64,000 nucleotides of DNA from an uncultured Gammaproteobacteria bacterium. Its GTDB lineage: Bacteria > Pseudomonadota > Gammaproteobacteria > Steroidobacterales > Steroidobacteraceae. The stretch lies in the NCBI GenBank assembly GCA_963840405.1, contig CAWIYW010000005.1, forward strand, positions 75,226 to 139,225, given 5' to 3'. This document shows, piece by piece, positions 57,506-64,000 of this stretch (its first letter is position 1; every line of letters begins with the position of its first letter). The position numbers were made by a program, and so were the translations under genes. The notes under the pieces are model-generated. The model did not search any database. It was not told the DNA's origin and saw only the letters and a list, made by a program, of their open reading frames with translations.

Positions 57506-58048
57506 TTACTCCCGCGATGCTTTTGCAACGGCGTCGGACAGCAGGTGCAGGCCGAACGAAACGTCCACGATCTGGCCGTCGAGGAAGAATGTGGGCGTGC
57601 TGCGTACGCCGCTGTCCTGGCCGCTCTGCAGATGCTCTCGCACTCGCTGCAGATACACGTGATCGTTCATTTCGGCGGTGAATCTCGCCATGTCGAGCTC
57701 CAGCCGCTCGGCGTAACCGCGCAGGTGGTTGAGCTTCAGGTGATCTTGGTGCTCAAACAGCAGGTCGTGCATCTGCCAGAACTTGCCCTGTCCCGCGGCG
57801 CATTCGGCGGCTTCCGCCGCAAGCTCCGCATGCGGGTGCACTCCCTCGAGCGGGAAGTGGCGAAAGGCAAAGCGCACGCGGTTGGCAAACCGCTGTAGCA
57901 GCAGCTTTACCACCGGCGCCGCCTGTTTGCAGTTGGGACATTCAAGATCGCCGTACTCGACCAGCGTGACTGGTGCGTGCGGCGGACCAAGCACATGATC
58001 CGCGGGGCCAACCGGCACCGTGAGGGTGAAAGGTGTGTGGCGGTTCAT
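57506..58048 (-). CDS. DsbA-family thioredoxin-fold protein
   Basis: Markers are 'VTLVEYGDLECPNCKQAAP' (CxxC) and 'GVRSTPTFFLDG' (cis-Pro loop). Confidence 0.75.
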   Translation of the reverse strand: MNRHTPFTLTVPVGPADHVLGPPHAPVTLVEYGDLECPNCKQAAPVVKLLLQRFANRVRFAFRHFPLEGVHPHAELAAEAAECAAGQGKFWQMHDLLFEHQDHLKLNHLRGYAERLELDMARFTAEMNDHVYLQRVREHLQSGQDSGVRSTPTFFLDGQIVDVSFGLHLLSDAVAKASRE

Positions 58049-58226
58049 TCCGGTAAGTCCGAGGGGCTGCACACGAGTATGTGTCCTTGGGCTTGTGCGT
58101 GCCACCATGGGCGGTAGATTGCCCTTGGGGTCCTTGTTCCTGTACCACCCGCCGGGCAACCTTTGCGCTGATCTGAACGCGACGCCAACCAAATTTCCCG
58201 TTCCTTGGCATATGAGGAAGTATCCA

Positions 58227-60479
58227 ATGCAATGGTTCCGCCAAGTCATCGCCCTGATCGGCAGTGCGACGCTGCTCTTGACCTCCATTGTGCCCGGTTG
58301 GGCCGCTGCCGCGGACAGCGACAGCCGGCCTCGTGTCGGCCTGGTGCTCGCGGGTGGTGGCGCGAAGGGCGGTGCCCACGTCGGCGTGTTGAAGGTGCTG
58401 GAGGAAATGCACATCCCCATCGATTGCATCGCCGGAACCAGCATGGGCGCGCTCGTCGGCGGCGGCTACGCGTCGGGGATCCCAGCCGCGGACCTCGAAA
58501 AGTTCGTGGTCGGTATCGATTGGGGAAAGGTGGTCGGCAGCCAGGGACGTCGGGATCTCGAGCCGATCGAACAGAAACGCGCCGGTCAGACCTACAGCAA
58601 TGACCTGGAATTCGGCATCACGCCCAACGGCATCAAGATTCCCAGCGGCCTGGTCAATACCAGCAATGTCGAAGATCTGCTGCGTGTCTACGTCGCGAAC
58701 GCGCGGCTGGAGACCGATTTCGACAGGCTGCCGATTCCCTATCGTGCGGTCGCGACCGACATGGTCTCCAGTCGCATGGTGGTGCTCTCCGGCGGCGACC
58801 TCGCCACTGCAATGCGCGCCAGCATGGCGATTCCAGGTGCCTTCGCGCCGGTCGCCATGGAAAACATGATCCTTTCCGATGGTGGACTCGTGCGCAACAT
58901 CCCGGTCGATGTCGCGCGCGATCTCTGCGCGGATGTCGTCATCGTCGTGAACCTCGTCGAACCGGACACCGATCCCGCGCAGCTCCTGACCGCGACGCAG
59001 TTGCTGACTCGTTCCATGGACGTCATGATCATTGCCAACGAAGAGTTGCAGCTGCAGTCGCTCGAACCAGGCGATATTCGCATCGACGTCGAGATGGGCA
59101 GCATCACCACCGCGGATTTCGAGCGGGTTCCAGACACCATCCCGCTCGGTGAGGCCGCGGCTCGCAACGTGTCGGGCGCCCTGGAGAAATACTCCGTTTC
59201 CGAGGAGCGGTATCTCGCCTGGCGTGCTGCAGTGACGCAGTCACAGGAGATCGAGGCCCAGCTGGCTGATGTGCGCTTCGAGGGGCTGGAGCTCGTCAAT
59301 CCCGAATACCTGGCGCAGACCACGCAGGTCAAGGCGGGCGATGTGGTCGATACGCTTGCCATCAGCCAGGAAGCACAACGCATATCGGTGTTGCAGGACT
59401 TCGAATCCGTCAGTTATCGCCTCGACGGCGATCGACAGTCACCGACGCTCACGTGGTTACCCCGCGAAAAGAGCTGGGGACCGGACTATCTGCAGGTGGA
59501 TCTGGGTGCCTACGCGTCCCTGGACGGAGACTTGAGGTTCAATCTGTATGGCAGGCACGTCCGCACCTGGGTGAACTCACTGGGCGCGGAGTGGCGCAAC
59601 GAAGTGCAGATCGGCGGCGAGAACCTGCTTTCGACCAGTCTATTTCAGCCGCTCGATGAGGCGCATCGGTTTTTCGTGGAGCCGCGCGCCATGTTTGCCA
59701 AATCGATCGAGGATCTCTTTCTCGATGAAGAGCGCATCGCGCGCTACGAATTCGAGGATATCGCTGGCGTCATCGAGGCTGGCGTGAACGTGCGTTCATA
59801 TGCGCAGGCGCGGATCGGGTATGTCTACGATCACCGGGAAGTCAATGTCGATATCGGTTCGGAACTGATGCCGGAGACGAGTCTGGTGGATGCCGGTGCG
59901 CTGATTTCCGCGCAGTACGACAGTCGCGATACTGCGTTCAATCCGACGCGCGGGCTGGCGATGGCGCTCGAGTACATGCAGAGCGACAGCGCCCTGGGCG
60001 CTGATCGCGACTGGGAACGAGCGGAGATGGGCGTCGGCCTGGCCGTGCCGCTGCGCCGCGACGTGATCTGGGTGACGCTCGCAGGCGGCACGGGTGTGGA
60101 CGATGACCTGCCACCCGATCGGACGTTCGCGCTCGGTGGCCCCACCAGCTTTCCCGGGTTGGAGCTCGGTGAGCTGCGTGTCCAGGACTACTGGACTATC
60201 GATACCAGCTACCTGTGGCGGGTGAAAGAGGTGCTGCCGGTCCGCAATCTCGCCCTTTATGCCGGCATCCGGCTTACCGCCGGCGCCATCCACGGTCGCA
60301 TCGACGGCGGACGGGAAGGCAACATCTACGGAGGATCTGTCTACCTCACCGGCCGCACGTTGGTCGGCCCGCTGCTCCTCGGTGTCGGCATGACATCAAC
60401 CGACTCCTGGAGTCTATGGTTGAGCATCGGACGACCGGTTGGGCACGGCACGATCGTGGAGAAGGGAGTCTTCCGCTGA
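58227..60479 (+). CDS. Patatin-like phospholipase fused to POTRA/Omp85-type beta-barrel (PlpD-like, type Vd secretion)
   Basis: It has a signal peptide. The patatin motifs are 'LAGGGAKGGAHVG', 'GTSMGA' and 'LSDGGLVRNIPV'. The C-terminal ~300 aa form a bacterial-surface-antigen-type barrel. The ATG at 58227 is preceded by GAGGAAG. Confidence 0.8.
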   Translation: MQWFRQVIALIGSATLLLTSIVPGWAAAADSDSRPRVGLVLAGGGAKGGAHVGVLKVLEEMHIPIDCIAGTSMGALVGGGYASGIPAADLEKFVVGIDWGKVVGSQGRRDLEPIEQKRAGQTYSNDLEFGITPNGIKIPSGLVNTSNVEDLLRVYVANARLETDFDRLPIPYRAVATDMVSSRMVVLSGGDLATAMRASMAIPGAFAPVAMENMILSDGGLVRNIPVDVARDLCADVVIVVNLVEPDTDPAQLLTATQLLTRSMDVMIIANEELQLQSLEPGDIRIDVEMGSITTADFERVPDTIPLGEAAARNVSGALEKYSVSEERYLAWRAAVTQSQEIEAQLADVRFEGLELVNPEYLAQTTQVKAGDVVDTLAISQEAQRISVLQDFESVSYRLDGDRQSPTLTWLPREKSWGPDYLQVDLGAYASLDGDLRFNLYGRHVRTWVNSLGAEWRNEVQIGGENLLSTSLFQPLDEAHRFFVEPRAMFAKSIEDLFLDEERIARYEFEDIAGVIEAGVNVRSYAQARIGYVYDHREVNVDIGSELMPETSLVDAGALISAQYDSRDTAFNPTRGLAMALEYMQSDSALGADRDWERAEMGVGLAVPLRRDVIWVTLAGGTGVDDDLPPDRTFALGGPTSFPGLELGELRVQDYWTIDTSYLWRVKEVLPVRNLALYAGIRLTAGAIHGRIDGGREGNIYGGSVYLTGRTLVGPLLLGVGMTSTDSWSLWLSIGRPVGHGTIVEKGVFR

Positions 60480-60494
60480 CGGGAAGTCCTGCGC

Positions 60495-60524
60495 GCCGCA
60501 CTCGCCATGAACGGCGAGTGCGGC
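60495..60524. terminator. 12-bp perfect hairpin between convergent genes; no U-tract
   Basis: The stem is GCCGCACTCGCC/GGCGAGTGCGGC with a 6-nt loop. It lies between the PlpD-like stop (60479) and the arylsulfatase stop (60556). Confidence 0.4.
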
Positions 60525-60555
60525 ACGGAAGATAGTTCAGTCTGTCAGCGCTACG

Positions 60556-62136
60556 CTACTTGCCGCTCGCCCCCTGCTGCAGCGACTCCATGACAGCGTC
60601 GAGCGAGAAGCTTCCGGGTCTCTGGCTGGGCGGGAACTCCTTGAACGTGGCAAGGAATTGTCCGACGTACTGCTGCGCGGGCACGAGCACGAAGGCGCGC
60701 TCTATGCGCCAGCGCTTATAGTCCATGCCTTCTTCGTCGGCGGTCTCGAAGGGGTCCGAGCGCAGGTTGAAGAGTTTCGGAAAGCGCAGCGGCACCATCG
60801 GGTCCTGCCAGACATCAAGGCCATGCGCGCGTTGTTCAGCGAAGACGATTTTCCACTGGTTGTAGCGCAGGCCAACGAGCGAGCCTCCGTCATCGAAGTA
60901 GAAGAACTCATGACGCGGACTCGGTGACTTGCCGGCCAGAGCGTCCGTGATGTTGTAGCCGTCGAGATGCACTTTGAAGGTCTTGTTACCGACCTTCATG
61001 CCTTTCAAGAGCTGCTCTTTCACATCCGGGACACCCGCCGCCGCCAGCAACGTGGGGAGCATGTCTTCGTGCGCGAAGATGTCGTTCAGCACAGTTCCGG
61101 GCTTGACCACGCCCGGCCAGCGGATGGCGACGGGCGCTCGGTATCCGCCTTCCCAATTGGTGTTCTTCTCGCCCCTGAACGGCGACGTCCCGCCGTCGGG
61201 CCAGGACATCTTTTCGGCGCCGTTGTCAGTGGACCACATCACGATGGTGTTCTGGTCGAGGCCCAGTTGCTTGAGCTTGCCGAGCAACTGTCCAACCATC
61301 GCATCGTGCTCGACCATGCCGTCGGGATAGATGCCGAAGCCGGTCTTGCCTTGCGATTCCGCCTTGAGATGCGTGAAGATGTGCATGCGGGTGGAGTTCC
61401 ACCAGAGGAAGAACGGCTTGTTCGCCTTCTTCGACTCCTCCATGAAGCGCAGAGCCTCACGGGTAAACTCCTCGTCCACCGTCTCCATGCGCTTCTTGGT
61501 CAGCGGGCCGGTCAGCTCGATCTTCTGCGTGCCGTCCGCGTTGGCCCAGCTGTGGATCACGCCGCGTGTCGCGAAGCGCTTGCGTACCTCCGGATCCTTG
61601 AAGTAGTCCGGGTTCTCCGGTTCTTCTTCTGCGTTGAGGTGGTAGAGCGAGCCAAAGAATTCGTCGAAGCCGTGCGCCGTGGGCAGATGTTCGTCCCGGT
61701 CACCGAGGTGGTTCTTGCCGAACTGGCCGGTCTTATAGCCTTGTGCCTTGAGCAATTCCGCGATGGTCACGTCGCGGGCCTGAAGACCTTCCTTCGCACC
61801 TGGCAGGCCCACCTTGAGCAGTCCGGTACGAAAGCCGACCTGACCCGTGATGAAGGCGGCGCGGCCGGCGGTGCAGCTTTGCTGGGCGTACCAATCCGTG
61901 AACAGCGCGCCCTCCTTGGCGATGCTATCGATGTTGGGTGTCTTGTAACCCATCATGCCCTGGTTATAGGCGCTGACGTTCCAATACCCGACGTCATCGC
62001 CCCAGAGGATGAGAATATTCGGTTGCTTCGTTGCTGCTTGAGCCATCGCCTGGCCACCACAGACCAGGCCAAGCCCCAGCGCGAGAAGCGCAGGCAGTGT
62101 CACTCTTGTCACGATACCTCCTCGCTTTGTTCTCAT
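60556..62136 (-). CDS. Arylsulfatase (Cys-type sulfatase family), secreted
   Basis: It has a signal peptide. Markers are 'NILILWGDDVGY' and 'QQSCTAGRAAFITGQ' (the formylglycine motif position). An alternative GTG start at 62112 has a GGAGG RBS. Confidence 0.85.
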   Translation of the reverse strand: MRTKRGGIVTRVTLPALLALGLGLVCGGQAMAQAATKQPNILILWGDDVGYWNVSAYNQGMMGYKTPNIDSIAKEGALFTDWYAQQSCTAGRAAFITGQVGFRTGLLKVGLPGAKEGLQARDVTIAELLKAQGYKTGQFGKNHLGDRDEHLPTAHGFDEFFGSLYHLNAEEEPENPDYFKDPEVRKRFATRGVIHSWANADGTQKIELTGPLTKKRMETVDEEFTREALRFMEESKKANKPFFLWWNSTRMHIFTHLKAESQGKTGFGIYPDGMVEHDAMVGQLLGKLKQLGLDQNTIVMWSTDNGAEKMSWPDGGTSPFRGEKNTNWEGGYRAPVAIRWPGVVKPGTVLNDIFAHEDMLPTLLAAAGVPDVKEQLLKGMKVGNKTFKVHLDGYNITDALAGKSPSPRHEFFYFDDGGSLVGLRYNQWKIVFAEQRAHGLDVWQDPMVPLRFPKLFNLRSDPFETADEEGMDYKRWRIERAFVLVPAQQYVGQFLATFKEFPPSQRPGSFSLDAVMESLQQGASGK

Positions 62137-62275
62137 TTCGTTGTGCGTCGCGCAAGCCCGTGCGCGATCCCTTTGGAATTATGGCGCAGGACAGTGAGAG
62201 CGGCCCCTGTCCTTTGGGGCAGAGGCCGCTGTGAGTACCGTCGCGCGATCGGTAAAACGCCTGGCGAAACCCAGC

Positions 62276-64000
62276 TCAGCTGGCCGGCGTGTACCAGATC
62301 GGTGAGGTGTAGGCGCGCTCCTGCGTGATCATGCGCACTTCCTTGGAGATCTTCACCTTGAAGCGCTTGGCGTCGTATGCCGTCCAGCGTGGCGTCGGAA
62401 TCTCGAGCACGCGCACGTAGTAGACCGCCCTGAGGCTGCGATCGAAGTCCGGATCCTTCCACACGGCCGTCAGCTGGGCTGCGCCAATGTCGTTGGTGTA
62501 GGTGGCGTTGGCGACGTCGACGGTATTGCCCACCGCCGGCAACTTGCCATCGGCGCCGGGCTTGCGATCGCCGGACCATGCGACGTCGTAGACCTTTTCC
62601 TGGCGCGCGCCCTGCGCATCGACCCATCCCTTGACGATCTGCACGCGGTCGAGGTTGCCGCCCTCCGGATCCTTCAGGGCAGCAACGAGGAAGGTCGGTT
62701 TGTCGCCTGTGGCGGCCGCGAGATCGCCGCCCATCGGCACGCCCTTGCTGTAGCCGGCACTGGCGACATCGCTCGCATGCGCATCGGCATCAACGAAGTC
62801 CCAGCCACCGAAGAAGCGGACGGTCATGCGCGGTCCGGTAGTGGCATAGGTTTCCTTGCGCTTCATCGCATCCCAGATGGCCGCGCGGGTGTTCTCCGTT
62901 GCCCAGACCGCGGCGTAACCGGACCCGACCTGCTCCCAGCCCATGATCGTGGCGAGCTTATTCTTCATGAAGGGATGTTCCCACCGCTTCCCCGACGGCT
63001 CGGCCGGCGTGTTCTTGCCCCAGAAGTTGTTGTCGTCGGCCGTGGCGAGCGAGGTGTGCGAGTCGGTCGAACCGATCATGCCGAACTTGTACGGATTCAC
63101 GCCCAGCTTCTGTTCGAGCTGCAGACCGGTCTGCAAGGCCGTGCGCGCGTATTCACCCTGCAGCATCTCGTCCTTCTTGAGCTCGCTCAGGTTGAGGTTG
63201 GCCTTGTCCCAGAGCTCGAACGCGGCGAATTCGTCGTTCTTGGAAAGGAACGGGTGCGCCTCGCCGTCGCCCTTGATCTGTGTCACCTCGTACAGGGGCT
63301 CCCAGTTCATGCGGGTCTGCGCATACTCACGCGTCAGCGCCTGTTTGCTGGCGGGGTTGATGTCCCACGGGAACATCCAGCCGTTGGACAGGTTGCCGTT
63401 GTGGGCGATCGCCAGAACCTGGCCGCCGGTCTTGTCCTGGTAGGCCTGCAGCACCTTCCAGAAATCTTCAGGGATGGTGCTGCCGGCGGGCGGATAGGTC
63501 GTGAATGGCTCGGTCTGGCCCGCCTTGTCGGCGCCGTCACGATAGATGACGACACGATGCAGGTTGTTGCCCGGCGGCACCTGCGAGGTCCACTCGTAGC
63601 CGATGAACGCCGTGAACTTGCCAGGCTCGTTGTACTTCTCAGCCGCGTCGAGCGTGATCTTCCAGGCCGAGGCGTAGTTCGCCGTGCCGGGGAAATACAT
63701 CAGTTCCTTGGGGAACGTGCCGCGCGAGAAGTTATCGATGATCTCGAGCGCCGCGGTCTCGCCTTTGCCGGACTTGATCATGTCGGACCACTTCTTGCCG
63801 GTCGGACTGGCCAGCAGTTCCGGCTTCTCCGCGAACAGGTCGGGGAAGAAGCCCATGTTGTCGGAGTGGTCGGCCACCACGAGGAAATCGAGCGGGCGCG
63901 ACAGCTTCGCCTTCTGACCGCTGGAAGCCGTTACCTCCTCGCCGCGAGCGAAGCGGTAAGCGTCCTCGACGCCGAGGCGGTTGCCAAATGCACCTGCATC
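62276..64000 (-). CDS. DUF3604-family protein; N-terminus beyond the window edge
   Basis: The frame stays open to base 64000 ('...RPLDFLVVADHSDNMGFF...FIGYEWTS...AIAHNGNLSNG...'). This pattern is typical of DUF3604 as I recall it. Confidence 0.7.
   Translation of the reverse strand, partial: DAGAFGNRLGVEDAYRFARGEEVTASSGQKAKLSRPLDFLVVADHSDNMGFFPDLFAEKPELLASPTGKKWSDMIKSGKGETAALEIIDNFSRGTFPKELMYFPGTANYASAWKITLDAAEKYNEPGKFTAFIGYEWTSQVPPGNNLHRVVIYRDGADKAGQTEPFTTYPPAGSTIPEDFWKVLQAYQDKTGGQVLAIAHNGNLSNGWMFPWDINPASKQALTREYAQTRMNWEPLYEVTQIKGDGEAHPFLSKNDEFAAFELWDKANLNLSELKKDEMLQGEYARTALQTGLQLEQKLGVNPYKFGMIGSTDSHTSLATADDNNFWGKNTPAEPSGKRWEHPFMKNKLATIMGWEQVGSGYAAVWATENTRAAIWDAMKRKETYATTGPRMTVRFFGGWDFVDADAHASDVASAGYSKGVPMGGDLAAATGDKPTFLVAALKDPEGGNLDRVQIVKGWVDAQGARQEKVYDVAWSGDRKPGADGKLPAVGNTVDVANATYTNDIGAAQLTAVWKDPDFDRSLRAVYYVRVLEIPTPRWTAYDAKRFKVKISKEVRMITQERAYTSPIWYTPAS

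Noticed and set aside
1-64000. I searched by eye for CRISPR arrays, IS/transposase or integrase genes, phage modules, toxin-antitoxin pairs, rRNA/tRNA genes and known defence-system hallmarks.
   Set aside because: None found. There are no regularly spaced direct repeats and no DDE, tyrosine- or serine-recombinase, or helicase/nuclease defence-type ORFs. The only repeats are the terminator-associated element and the epoxide hydrolase paralogs.

Overview
High-GC (roughly mid-60s % by eye) bacterial chromosomal DNA. It is densely packed with accessory hydrolase, oxidoreductase and catabolic genes. I found no rRNA, tRNA, CRISPR array, transposase, integrase or phage genes, and no phylogenetic marker, so the taxon cannot be named. 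The gene content looks like a soil or freshwater proteobacterium.

Main content:
- (1) 1-17.2 kb holds a translationally coupled cluster rich in amidohydrolases: an enolase-superfamily enzyme, an opine-type dehydrogenase, a DpaA-like protein, a hydantoinase, a cytosine-deaminase-like enzyme, an M24/creatinase-like enzyme, a TrzA-like enzyme, a tautomerase and an isochorismatase-VOC fusion. A GntR regulator follows, then a second operon of a TonB receptor, Rieske oxygenase, GS-like ligase, DUF2165 protein and amidase. A near-identical 26-nt operator-like sequence precedes two of the transcription units.
- (2) Five paralogous microsomal-type epoxide hydrolase genes lie between 24.7 and 45.0 kb. 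Three are intact, one has a single frameshift and one is heavily decayed. One intact copy has a mosaic 5' end.
- (3) A stand-alone A-T-TE NRPS-like gene sits next to a visibly AT-richer orphan gene.
- (4) A trio of DsrE-like genes.
- (5) A patatin/Omp85 (PlpD-like, type Vd) gene sits beside a DsbA-like gene and a cNMP-binding flavoprotein reductase gene.
- (6) An arylsulfatase and a DUF3604 gene lie at the 3' edge.

Two window-wide signals stand out. The first is an unusually high load of frame disruptions and gene remnants: at least 20 indels in about 10 genes, plus 3 truncated remnants. The second is a repeated intergenic element of about 55 nt, made of a conserved 20-nt box plus a GC-rich hairpin around GGCGCGAACCGCC. 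I did not recognise any known defence or secretion system. The candidates I consider most novel are the amidohydrolase island with its shared operator, the epoxide hydrolase family, and the NRPS-like gene with its orphan neighbour. All family calls rest on motifs read by eye from the supplied translations and were not checked against any database.
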